DNA of 43,166 nucleotides from an uncultured bacterium (GTDB lineage Bacteria; Lernaellota; Lernaellaia; Lernaellales; Lernaellaceae), in contig CAZHPN010000023.1 in NCBI GenBank assembly GCA_964534375.1, positions 1 through 43,166 on the forward strand, in the 5' to 3' direction. A program made the translations under genes and the position numbers. Positions 34,800 through 43,166 of this stretch are shown piece by piece (position 1 is the first letter of the stretch; every line of letters begins with the position of its first letter). The notes under the pieces were generated by a model. It worked only from the letters and a program-made list of their open reading frames with translations. It had not been told where the DNA came from and did no database searches.

Positions 34800-36797
34800 A
34801 TGTCCAAGAGATTCTTGTGGTTGCTTTTCGCAGTCGCCCTGGCCGCCGGCGCGTGCAGCAGCGGCGCAGGAAACTCATTTCACGATTCACCGGCAGCGCC
34901 GGCGGGTCAGAAGGCGGACGACGACGCCGCGATTCCGCCGGAGTTGACGTTCGCGCAAGCGACCGGGGCCGAAATTCCGGACCACTGCAGCTCGGGGCAC
35001 ACCTTCGCGTACGACCTCACGGAAGGCCAGCGCAACATTCCGTTCCCCAGCGATCTGTTTGTGGTCGCGGACTCGCACACGCACACCGGCCGTCGTGTGC
35101 AGTTGCCCGACCAACTCGTCACCTACCTCGACGGGTTTTTCGAAGTGGCTCCGTTCATCAAGTACGCGATCAATCAATTGAACGGCTTCGGCGTGACGGG
35201 CGCAGCCCTATTCTCGACCGACGCGGAGCCTGACGGCGCCACCTTGCCGGACGGCGGCCCGCCTTCCGCGTCGGACAGCGTGTTTTGCGCCGAAATCCCG
35301 TCGGGCGCCGCCGCGCCGGTGTTTGCGCCGCTGGTCTTCGACTGGCAGGGCGACCACCAGTTGTTCAAAGCGCGGCCGTATCTGCCGTTGCGGCAGAGCA
35401 CGACGTACGCCGTCGTGGTCACCGATCAGGTGAAGCCGTTGCAGGGCGGCTGCTACGAAGCGGCCCCGGATTTCCAGTACGTCCGTTCGGCTTTTCCCGA
35501 CCGGTGGAACCTCCGCTACGACGTGCTGGAGCCGGTTCGCCAGCAACTGGCGCCGATGTTCGACTACCTGGACCAACTTGGCGTGCGGCGCGAGCACATC
35601 CTGTCGGCGACGTTCTATTCGACGCAGGATATTACGACAGACTTGTTTCAAATGAAGGACACGCTGGCGCAGATGGCCGCGCAGAACCCGCCGCAGGTCA
35701 CGAAAATCACATACACCGGCAAGCCCAACCGGCTCGACTCGGCGTGGGATCTCACGTATGACACCATCAATTGGCGCGTCAACGGTCACATCGTTTACGA
35801 CGAGAACGGCCGGCCGCAGCCGCAGGGCACGGAGCAAATCCTCGCACATTTGACGCTGCCCAGTCCGACGCAATATCCGAAGCCTTGGCCCGTCGTCGTG
35901 TTCATGCACGGCATCAATGCCGACCGCAACAGCGTCGAAGTTCCCGCGAGCACCTTGGCGGACTACGGCTTCGCCTGCATCGCTATCGACGACGTGTTCC
36001 AGGGCGTGCGCCAGAACGCCAGCAACGACGTCGTGGTGGATCTGGAATTCTTCAACGGTTTTGCGCCGATGGAATGGCGCGCGAACTGGCTGCAGGATCT
36101 CGCCGACCAGATGTATTTGATTTCCCTCGTCAAGACGCTCGGCAACCTCGACCTCTCGCCGCACTCGACCAACGGCAACGGCCATCCCGATCTCGACGTG
36201 AGCAACATCGTGTTTCTCGGCCATTCGCTCGGGTCCATCCACGGCGGAATATTTGCGGCGGTCGAGGATCGAATCAGCGCCTTTGTCTTCAACTCCGGCG
36301 CGTCCGATTACCGCGCGATCGCGCTCGACTGCCCGGTTGGCTCGGAGATTTTTCAGGTATTGGGGGACATCCAGCGTCTGCTGAACTTCGGCATTGCGTC
36401 TTGGGCCGACCTCCTGCTTGATGTCCTGGTGATTCCGGTGGAGGCGGGCGACCCGGAGGCGTATTCGCCGTACGTGCTTCACCCATTGCCGGAGATGAAC
36501 CGCGGCGCGCCGCAGATTTTCCAGCAGATGGCCGCGTTTGACGCCACGCTCGGCGCCGACGCGTGCGGCCGCATGGCGACGACGATCGGCCTGTCGCAAC
36601 TGCGGCCGATCGTGTGGCAGATTCCCGATCTCATCGACAACGACGCGCCGTACGGCGCGCCAGCCGTTTACCAGTGGAACACCGACGACCACGGCATGAT
36701 GTGGGATTATGAGGACGTTCGCGTGCAGGTGGCGAATTTCTTTCGCACCTGGGTCGACACGGGCACGGGCATCATCGCTCCGGCGCCGCCGATGTAA
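34800..36797 (+). CDS. Lipoprotein alpha/beta-hydrolase (lipase/esterase-like) with N-terminal Ig-like region
   Basis: Lipobox AGAC; IPFPSD, LNGFG, PL...TTYAVVVT; PVVVFMHGI, nucleophile elbow GHSLG, candidate C-terminal catalytic His (DDHG). Confidence 0.75.
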   Translation: MSKRFLWLLFAVALAAGACSSGAGNSFHDSPAAPAGQKADDDAAIPPELTFAQATGAEIPDHCSSGHTFAYDLTEGQRNIPFPSDLFVVADSHTHTGRRVQLPDQLVTYLDGFFEVAPFIKYAINQLNGFGVTGAALFSTDAEPDGATLPDGGPPSASDSVFCAEIPSGAAAPVFAPLVFDWQGDHQLFKARPYLPLRQSTTYAVVVTDQVKPLQGGCYEAAPDFQYVRSAFPDRWNLRYDVLEPVRQQLAPMFDYLDQLGVRREHILSATFYSTQDITTDLFQMKDTLAQMAAQNPPQVTKITYTGKPNRLDSAWDLTYDTINWRVNGHIVYDENGRPQPQGTEQILAHLTLPSPTQYPKPWPVVVFMHGINADRNSVEVPASTLADYGFACIAIDDVFQGVRQNASNDVVVDLEFFNGFAPMEWRANWLQDLADQMYLISLVKTLGNLDLSPHSTNGNGHPDLDVSNIVFLGHSLGSIHGGIFAAVEDRISAFVFNSGASDYRAIALDCPVGSEIFQVLGDIQRLLNFGIASWADLLLDVLVIPVEAGDPEAYSPYVLHPLPEMNRGAPQIFQQMAAFDATLGADACGRMATTIGLSQLRPIVWQIPDLIDNDAPYGAPAVYQWNTDDHGMMWDYEDVRVQVANFFRTWVDTGTGIIAPAPPM

Positions 36798-36809
36798 CGA
36801 ACCCGCCGT

Positions 36810-37316
36810 TCAAATGTGAATGACGGCGGACGGCCCGGTCTCCATCGTCCGGCAATCCACATTGCCGGCGCGCAGGCAATCGGCCAAGTCTTCGCGGCCG
36901 ATTTGTTTCAGAATGCCCATTAATCCGGAATTGGGGCCGGTTTCGATCGAAAACGAGACGATTTTGCCGTCATGCACTTTGGCAACGAATTTCTCGGCGG
37001 CGATCTTCACCGATCGACGCGTGGCCGGCACCTTCGGCAGGTACGGCAGATCCAACTCGCCGGCGTGAGTGCCGGTGAAACGGATTTCGCCGCGCACCCA
37101 CTCGCTATCTTTTTCCGCGGTGATTTTCAGATTGTATTTAACATCCGGCAGGGCCCCATGAATGGCACGGGCAAATTCCAGGAATTCGCCCCGGCCCAGC
37201 GGGTGCGGAGCCGAGCCGGCGAATGTGAAGTCGCGATCCAAAACCCCCGCTACTCCAGAGTAATCGCCCGCTTCCACGGCCGCGATCATTTTTCTGATTG
37301 CCTCGGTAGGCGACAT
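36810..37316 (-). CDS. SnoaL-like / ester cyclase (NTF2-fold) protein
   Basis: AVEAGD, DFTF, ALPD, FTGTHAGEL, VPATRRSV, DGKIV; SD GGAGG. Confidence 0.85.
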   Translation of the reverse strand: MSPTEAIRKMIAAVEAGDYSGVAGVLDRDFTFAGSAPHPLGRGEFLEFARAIHGALPDVKYNLKITAEKDSEWVRGEIRFTGTHAGELDLPYLPKVPATRRSVKIAAEKFVAKVHDGKIVSFSIETGPNSGLMGILKQIGREDLADCLRAGNVDCRTMETGPSAVIHI

Positions 37317-37445
37317 GGCGTCCCCTCCTATGATGTTGCGCTCCATCGCTGCGACGAGCGGCTTCCCGCCGCCCTCCGATTTACGCGGAAACGTAGTTTC
37401 TGCGCGCGCCGGCGGCAAGACCCGCGCTACGCTTTCCTTCTCGCG

Positions 37446-37946
37446 TCAAACGTGAACGCCCGGTTGGAAGCTTTCCTCGATGCAATCGCGACCGCCGGCG
37501 CCGACGCAATCCGCCAAGTCGTCCCGGCCGAGCTGCTTGAGGATGCCCATCAACCCGCCGTCCGGGCCGACGTCTGCCGCGAAGGAGACAATGCGACCGT
37601 CGCGCACGACCGCCACGAAGCGCTCCGCCGGAAGTTTGACCCGTTTCCGCGTCGCCGCCAGGATGGGCAGATTCGGCAGATCCAGCGGGCGGCGATGGGT
37701 TCCCGCGATTTGCACCTGTCCGCGCACCCAGTCGCCGTCTTCGGTCGAATAAACCAGGCAATTGTGCTTGAGGTTTGGCATCGCGGAGCGCAGCGCGCTT
37801 TCGAAGGCGATGAATTCTTTCGCGCCGAGCGGTTGCAGCGTCGGTCCGGAAAACTCGAATTCGCGGTCGAGCAGGCCGGCCGCCGTTTCGTAATCCCCCG
37901 CATCCAAAGCGGCAAACGTTTCGGCGATGACTTCCGCAGACGACAT
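37446..37946 (-). CDS. SnoaL-like / ester cyclase protein (tandem paralog)
   Basis: ALDAGD, EFEFSGP, AMPN, IAGTH..PL, LAATRKRV, DGRIV; colinear with its neighbour. Confidence 0.85.
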   Translation of the reverse strand: MSSAEVIAETFAALDAGDYETAAGLLDREFEFSGPTLQPLGAKEFIAFESALRSAMPNLKHNCLVYSTEDGDWVRGQVQIAGTHRRPLDLPNLPILAATRKRVKLPAERFVAVVRDGRIVSFAADVGPDGGLMGILKQLGRDDLADCVGAGGRDCIEESFQPGVHV

Positions 37947-38125
37947 TTTTTTCTCCTTCGTCGTTCGACAAAAACGGCGGGCGGCGCGCGCCGTCCGCCT
38001 CGCGTAGTGAAACATGGTCTCGATAGGCGGAGAAAGCAAACTTTTTTGTGGAGAGTTTGACGCGCCGTCGGCGACGTGGTCCGGTTTTCGGCAACGGTTG
38101 CGCAGGTCGATTCGCCGTGGGACGG

Positions 38126-39088
38126 TCAAAAACCGCCTTCGACCTGGACGACGACGCGCCCGCGCAATTCGCCCTTGGCAAAGCGATCCATCGCGGCCCC
38201 CAACTCGCGGACCGGGAAGCGCGCCTCGATTGGCGCCTGCAAGCCGTCGAGAAGCCACGCGGCCACTTGCTCGAGATCCTTCGCCGCGGACTTGACGGCC
38301 GCGAAAGCGCAACGTTGCGACGAAAACGCCGCCAAGGCCATGCCCACGAGCAGGCCTGTCGACGGCAACGTGGGCACGTAGGAGCCGGTCTTGGCGAGTT
38401 GGCGCCGGCAGGCGAGGTAACTGTGCGCGGTCGCGGCGTCGAAGATAACGTCGAACGGTCCGGGGACGGTCAGCGGATCCTGCTTGCGCCGATCCACGAT
38501 CTCATCGGCCCCCAGGCCCCTTACGAAATCGACCGCATAGGTGGAGCACACGGCGGTCACCTGAGCCTGGAGCCGCTTGGCGATCCCCACCGCCAGGCTG
38601 CCTACGCCGCCGGCTGCGCCGATGATAAGGACACGGCCGCCCTCGTGCAGCCGGCCCAGATCGCGCAGGAATTGCAGCGCCGTCGCGCCGGGCGTTGCGG
38701 CCGCGGCGGCCGTCTCGTGCGACACGCCCGCGGGCTTGCGGGCGATCTCGCCACGGTTGGCCGTCAGCATTTCGGCGAAGGCGCCCTGCCGCGTCGCACT
38801 CGAGTAGGCGAGGAATCCGAAGACCTCGTCGCCCGGCTTCAGATCGCCGACGTCCTCGCCGCAACTTTCGATCACGCCCGAAAAATCGTAGCCCGCGACC
38901 AACGGTGAGACCCGGGCGTGCAGGAGCCGGCCGGCGAATTCGCCGTTGGCGATCTTCCCGTCCGCCGGGTTCACCGCCGAACTCACCACCCGGACGCGCA
39001 CCTGCCCGCGTCCCGGCTTCGGGGTGGCTATTTCGAAAAGTTGAGCGCCGGTTGTCGCGCCGGAATGCGGCCAGCCGATTGCTTTCAT
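38126..39088 (-). CDS. NAD(P)-dependent MDR-family (quinone oxidoreductase-like) dehydrogenase
   Basis: P.PG.GQVRVRV...AVNPAD, GYDFSGVI, GDEVFG, GAFAE, VLIIGAAGGVG, LGADEIVD, RGRVVV. Confidence 0.9.
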   Translation of the reverse strand: MKAIGWPHSGATTGAQLFEIATPKPGRGQVRVRVVSSAVNPADGKIANGEFAGRLLHARVSPLVAGYDFSGVIESCGEDVGDLKPGDEVFGFLAYSSATRQGAFAEMLTANRGEIARKPAGVSHETAAAAATPGATALQFLRDLGRLHEGGRVLIIGAAGGVGSLAVGIAKRLQAQVTAVCSTYAVDFVRGLGADEIVDRRKQDPLTVPGPFDVIFDAATAHSYLACRRQLAKTGSYVPTLPSTGLLVGMALAAFSSQRCAFAAVKSAAKDLEQVAAWLLDGLQAPIEARFPVRELGAAMDRFAKGELRGRVVVQVEGGF

Positions 39089-39201
39089 CGTCGTCACCTC
39101 TTCGGTTCCCAGTTTGGTCTCTGCGAACATTTGAAAATAAGTCGTTTGAGCCGCCGCGGGCAGGAGAATCTTCGACGCTGGCCCGCCGCGCCTCGCGACG
39201 A

Positions 39202-39230
39202 TTGACACCCCTTTCGCCGGGCCTTAGTTT
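39202..39230 (+). promoter_or_regulatory. Candidate sigma70 promoter for xerC-hslVU
   Basis: TTGACA-N17-TAGTTT about 35 nt upstream of the TTG start. Confidence 0.6.
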
Positions 39231-39264
39231 TACATCGACTTTCGGTCGCCGAAGGGAAGCCGTC

Positions 39265-40218
39265 TTGTATGAATTGATCGCCGAGTTTGGCCGACATTTG
39301 TCGTCGGAACGGAATTTTTCCGGCCTCACCGCCGAGGCGTATCTGCGCGACCTGGGCCAGTTTGCCGCGTTTTGCCGCGAGCATGGAGTGTGCCTGCGCG
39401 AAGGCGAGGTCGACCTGACCCTCGCCGGCAAGTTCGAAGTGCAGGCTTTTCTTGCGGCGCGGACCAGCGCGTCGGCGAAGGCCACGATCGAGCGCAAGCT
39501 GGCGTCGTTGCGCGCGTTTTATCTCTTTTGCCGCAAGCGCGGGCTGGTCGCCGTCAACCCGGCGTCGCAGGTGCGGTCGCCGCGGAAAGACACGCTGCTC
39601 GCGCGTGTGCTGTCGCCTGACGATGCGGCCCGCCTCGTCATGGCGGCCACGTCGCGCAATCCGGCCAGGCTGCTGCGCGACCACGCGGTGCTCGAAGCAT
39701 ATTATTCCACGGGTTGCCGCGTCAGTGAGTTGGCGACGGCCAAGGTCGGCGATTGGGAGCAGGAAATCGGCACCCTGCGCGTGCGCGGCAAGGGCCGGAA
39801 GGATCGGCTGGTCGGCGTGGGCTCGTTCGCGGCGGCGGCGCTGGCGAGTTACATCGCTGCGACGCTCGGCGAGCGCACGAAGCGTTATGGCGTGCCGGAA
39901 AAAAGCCCGCTTTTTCTCGGGCGGCACGCCGCGCCGCTAAGCGTGCGCGCCATCCAGATGCTCGTCGCGCGGGCCCGGCTTGCCGCCGGCATCGGCGTGA
40001 AAGCGACGCCCCACACATTGCGGCATAGCTTCGCGACGCACGTGCTCGAATCCGGCGCGAATCTGCGCGAGGTCCAGGAGATGCTCGGCCATGAGAACCT
40101 CGGCACAACGCAACGGTACACGCACGTAACCGTGGACCACCTGCTGGACGTCTACGAGAAAGCGCATCCCCGCGGCAAGCGAAAAAAAGCCGCGGCCGAC
40201 AAAAAGGAGCCGCAATGA
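39265..40218 (+). CDS. xerC: Tyrosine recombinase XerC
   Basis: TTG start; [71 protein letters not shown]; adjacent to hslVU. Confidence 0.92.
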   Translation: MYELIAEFGRHLSSERNFSGLTAEAYLRDLGQFAAFCREHGVCLREGEVDLTLAGKFEVQAFLAARTSASAKATIERKLASLRAFYLFCRKRGLVAVNPASQVRSPRKDTLLARVLSPDDAARLVMAATSRNPARLLRDHAVLEAYYSTGCRVSELATAKVGDWEQEIGTLRVRGKGRKDRLVGVGSFAAAALASYIAATLGERTKRYGVPEKSPLFLGRHAAPLSVRAIQMLVARARLAAGIGVKATPHTLRHSFATHVLESGANLREVQEMLGHENLGTTQRYTHVTVDHLLDVYEKAHPRGKRKKAAADKKEPQ

Positions 40219-40754
40219 ATTTCACCCCCGAGGCGACCACCGTCCTCGCGGTGCGTCAAAACGGCAAGCTCGCCATCGGCGGCGACGGCCAGGTCACGCT
40301 CGGCGCGACGGTCGTCAAGCACAGCGCGAAGAAAGTGCGGCGTTTGGGCAAAGACAAGAGCGTGCTCGCGGGCTTCGCCGGGGCGGCCGCCGACGCCTTT
40401 CACCTGTTCGAGCGCTTCGAGAGCAAACTCGACGAGTTTCACGGCAACCTGACGCGCGCCGCCGTCGAATTGGCCAAGGATTGGCGCAGCGACCGCGTGC
40501 TGCGGCGGCTGGAGGCGCTGCTCCTCGTCGCCGACAAGGAGACGACGCTGCTGATCAGCGGCTCGGGCGACGTCATCGAGCCCGACGACGGCGTCATCGC
40601 CATCGGCTCCGGCGGCGCGTACGCCCAGGCGGCGGCGCAAGCGCTGGCGAAGCACACAAAGCTGACGGCCGCTGAAATCGTCCGCGAAGCGATGCAAATC
40701 GCGGCGAAAATCTGCATCTACACCAACGACCAAATTGTCGTGGAAACACTGTGA
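40215..40754 (+). CDS. hslV: ATP-dependent protease subunit HslV
   Basis: ATTVLAVR (catalytic Thr after a short propeptide), [39 protein letters not shown]. Confidence 0.98.
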   Translation: MNFTPEATTVLAVRQNGKLAIGGDGQVTLGATVVKHSAKKVRRLGKDKSVLAGFAGAAADAFHLFERFESKLDEFHGNLTRAAVELAKDWRSDRVLRRLEALLLVADKETTLLISGSGDVIEPDDGVIAIGSGGAYAQAAAQALAKHTKLTAAEIVREAMQIAAKICIYTNDQIVVETL

Positions 40755-40761
40755 GGCCGCG

Positions 40762-42213
40762 ATGGACGAAGCCAAAGAACTGACCCCGCGCGAGATCGTC
40801 GCCGCGCTCGACCGCTACATCATCGGCCAGGACGCCGCCAAGCGCGCCGTCGCCATCGCCATGCGCAATCGCTGGCGGCGGCAGCAGGTCGAGGAGTCGA
40901 TCCGCGAGGAGATCTACCCCAAGAACATCATCATGATCGGCCCGACCGGCGTCGGCAAAACCGAGATCGCCCGGCGCCTGGCGCGCCTCTCGCACGCGCC
41001 GTTCATCAAGGTCGAAGCCAGCAAATTCACCGAGGTCGGCTACGTCGGGCGCGACGTCGAGGGCATGATCCGCGATCTCACCGAGATCGGCATCAGCCAA
41101 GTCCGGCTCGAACACGAAATCGAGGTCGCCGAAGAGGCCCGCCGGCTGGCGATCGAGAAAGTCCTCGATCGCCTGGTCCCGCCGCCGACGCCGCCGAAGG
41201 GCAAAGCGCCGGAAGCGCAGCTCGATCTCCAATACGAAGACGACGCGAAGAAAGACGAGGTCGTGGTGGGCGAGACCTTCGTCGTCGTGGGGCATCATCC
41301 GGAAACGACGGAGAACCCGGAGGACAGCTATCAGCGCACGCGCGACAAAATGCGGCGCCTGCTGCTCGAAGGCAAACTCGACAACCGCGAAATCGAATTG
41401 GATCTGCCCGATCGCTCGAAAATGCCGATGATTGAGATATTCTCGGGCTCCGGCCTGGAAGATATGGATATCAATTTCAAAGATATGTTCGGCAATCTCT
41501 TCCCCAAGAAGACCAAGCGGTCGAAGATCAAAGTGCCCGAAGCGTTGCGCCTGATCGAAAAGGAAGAAACGCAGCGGCTGATCGATATGGAGAAGGTGCA
41601 GGCCGAGGCGATCCGCCGCGTCGAGCAGAGCGGCATCATTTTTCTCGACGAAATCGACAAGATCGCCGGCCGCGAATCCGGCCACGGGCCCGATGTCTCG
41701 CGCGAAGGCGTGCAGCGCGATCTGCTGCCGATCGTCGAGGGCAGCAACGTCAACACCAAGCACGGCATGGTGCGCACCGACCACATTCTGTTCGTCGCCG
41801 CGGGCGCGTTCAACGTGGCCAAGCCGTCCGATCTCATCCCGGAGTTGCAGGGCCGCTTTCCGATCCGCGTCGAACTCACGAGCCTGTCGCAAGAGGCGTT
41901 CGTGCGGATTCTGACCGAGCCGAAAAACGCGCTGACCAAACAGTACGAAGCGCTGCTGACCACCGAGGGCGTCGAATTGCGCTACACCGAAGACGGCATC
42001 GCGCGCATCGCCGACATGGCCGCGCAAATCAACGAACGCACCGAGGACATCGGCGCGCGGCGCCTCTCGACCGTGATGGAAAAGATTCTCGAGGAGATCA
42101 GCTTCAACGCGCCGGAGATGCAGGGCAAAAAAGTGACGATCAACCGCAAATTCGTCGACAAGGCGCTGACCGACATTATCGAAGACGTGGACCTGTCGCG
42201 GTTCATTTTGTAG
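40762..42213 (+). CDS. hslU: ATP-dependent protease ATPase subunit HslU
   Basis: [74 protein letters not shown]. Confidence 0.98.
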   Translation: MDEAKELTPREIVAALDRYIIGQDAAKRAVAIAMRNRWRRQQVEESIREEIYPKNIIMIGPTGVGKTEIARRLARLSHAPFIKVEASKFTEVGYVGRDVEGMIRDLTEIGISQVRLEHEIEVAEEARRLAIEKVLDRLVPPPTPPKGKAPEAQLDLQYEDDAKKDEVVVGETFVVVGHHPETTENPEDSYQRTRDKMRRLLLEGKLDNREIELDLPDRSKMPMIEIFSGSGLEDMDINFKDMFGNLFPKKTKRSKIKVPEALRLIEKEETQRLIDMEKVQAEAIRRVEQSGIIFLDEIDKIAGRESGHGPDVSREGVQRDLLPIVEGSNVNTKHGMVRTDHILFVAAGAFNVAKPSDLIPELQGRFPIRVELTSLSQEAFVRILTEPKNALTKQYEALLTTEGVELRYTEDGIARIADMAAQINERTEDIGARRLSTVMEKILEEISFNAPEMQGKKVTINRKFVDKALTDIIEDVDLSRFIL

Positions 42214-42230
42214 TCCTCGGGCGTTGTCTG

Positions 42231-42521
42231 CCTGGGGCGTCGCCCCGGGCCGTGATAGAACGGGCCGTTGGCCCTTCGATTGACGCGTGCGAAGGCCCTA
42301 GGGACCGCGAACGAATGTCGAGCGCCAACGGCGCGATTTATTACAGCCTGGGGCAACGGCCCAGGTGGCCGGCGCCCAGGCACGGGGCACCGGCGCCGAG
42401 CGCCAACGGCGCGATTTATTACAGCCTGGGGCAACGCCCCAGGTGGCCGGCGCCCAGGCACGGGGCGCCGGCGCCGAGCGCCAACGGCGCGATTTATTAC
42501 AGCCTGGGGCAACGCCCCAGG
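42231..42521. repeat. REP-like 45-bp double-hairpin repeats upstream of tnpA (1 reverse + 3 forward copies)
   Basis: Reverse copy at 42231-42275. Forward copies agcgccaacggcgcgatttattacagcctggggcaacgccccagg at 42321, 42399 and 42477 (period 78, near-identical 33-bp palindromic spacers). Confidence 0.92.
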
Positions 42522-42536
42522 GGGGGCAACGTCGCC

Positions 42537-42989
42537 ATGCCTCAGTCGCTGGCAAACGTCGTCATCCATTTGGTGTTCAGCGCCAAGGATCGTCGCGAGT
42601 ATTTTCGTTCGCCGATTCGCGATGAACTCCATGTGTATCTTGCGACCGTCGCTCGAAACGCTGGTTGCGACGGTTCCCGGGTCGGCGGCGCGGCCGACCA
42701 CGTTCACGTCGCCGTTCGCCTCGGGCGCACACTGACGATCGCCGGCCTCGTCGAGGAACTGAAGACTTCATCGTCAAAATGGCTCAAAACGCTTTCGCCG
42801 GAATTGGGCGATTTCGCCTGGCAACGGGGCTACGCAGCGTTTTCCGTAGCTCCGGCGGACTACGAAGCGTTGGTCGCATACATCGACGACCAGGAAGAAC
42901 ACCATCGAAAACACACGTTTTGCGCAGAATATCGCTCGTTTTTGAAAAAATATGGCATTTCGTTCGACGAACGTTATGTGTGGGATTGA
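42537..42989 (+). mobile_element. tnpA: IS200/IS605-family HUH Y1 transposase (TnpA/RAYT-like), no tnpB seen
   Basis: MPQSL...IHLVFSAKDR, HUH motif DHVH, LKTSSSKW, FAWQRGYAAFSV, catalytic Tyr in YIDDQEEHH. Confidence 0.92.
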
Positions 42990-43008
42990 CGGTGAGGGGG
43001 CGTTGTTT

Positions 43009-43166
43009 CCTGGGGCGTTGCCCCGGGCTGTGATAGAACGGGCCGTTGGCCCTAGGGTCGGAAATCGCTGGCGGCGAATTCCGGGGCGTCGCTTCCTGGG
43101 GCGTTGCCCCAGGCTGTGATAGAACGGGCCGTTGGCCCTAGGGTCGGAAATCGCTGGCGGCGAATT
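43009..43166. repeat. REP-like repeats downstream of tnpA (2 reverse copies, period 86; array may continue beyond the window)
   Basis: cctggggcgttgccccRggctgtgatagaacgggccgttggccct at 43009-43053 and 43095-43139, each followed by agggtcggaaatcgctggcggcgaatt. Confidence 0.92.

Noticed and set aside
39265..40218. Tyrosine recombinase as a prophage or island integrase
   Set aside because: Size, motifs and coupling to hslVU fit housekeeping XerC; no att repeats or phage genes were seen.
42321..42521. 45-bp repeats with 33-bp spacers resembling a CRISPR array
   Set aside because: The spacers are near-identical and palindromic, inverted copies flank a Y1 transposase, and there are no cas genes in the window.
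42252..42536. Repetitive N-terminal extension of the transposase
   Set aside because: It is translation through the DNA repeats; the family-typical start is MPQSL at 42537.

Overview
This is a GC-rich bacterial chromosomal window with deltaproteobacteria-like gene content (taxon inferred, not established). From left to right it carries the 5' part of the rimP-nusA-ylxR-infB operon (minus strand, with the rimP leader hairpin) and an ArnT/GT39-like glycosyltransferase. Next comes a ~5.3 kb accessory island of modular secreted proteins that share one N-terminal module but carry different, lower-GC C-terminal cargo: one ends in a DUF1566/Lcl domain with a DGR-variable-region-like codon signature, one fuses TolB_N to two CpoB-like TPR modules, and one is a truncated copy. 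A minus-strand run follows (SHOCT lipoprotein, DUF192, DUF92, a Cys-rich beta-prism-like protein, two GT39 paralogs), then a saccharopine-dehydrogenase-like gene and marC. A long intergenic region holds a sigma54 promoter driving a candidate GGA-rich sRNA. After it come pilMNOPQ plus a lipoprotein, a hypothetical gene, cpoB-like and LysM/tsaP-like genes, and dprA-topA-trmFO-[4 inserted genes]-xerC-hslV-hslU. The window ends with an IS200-family Y1 transposase embedded in six copies of a 45-bp double-hairpin REP-like repeat. All annotations come from reading the sequence and recognising motifs; no database searches were run.
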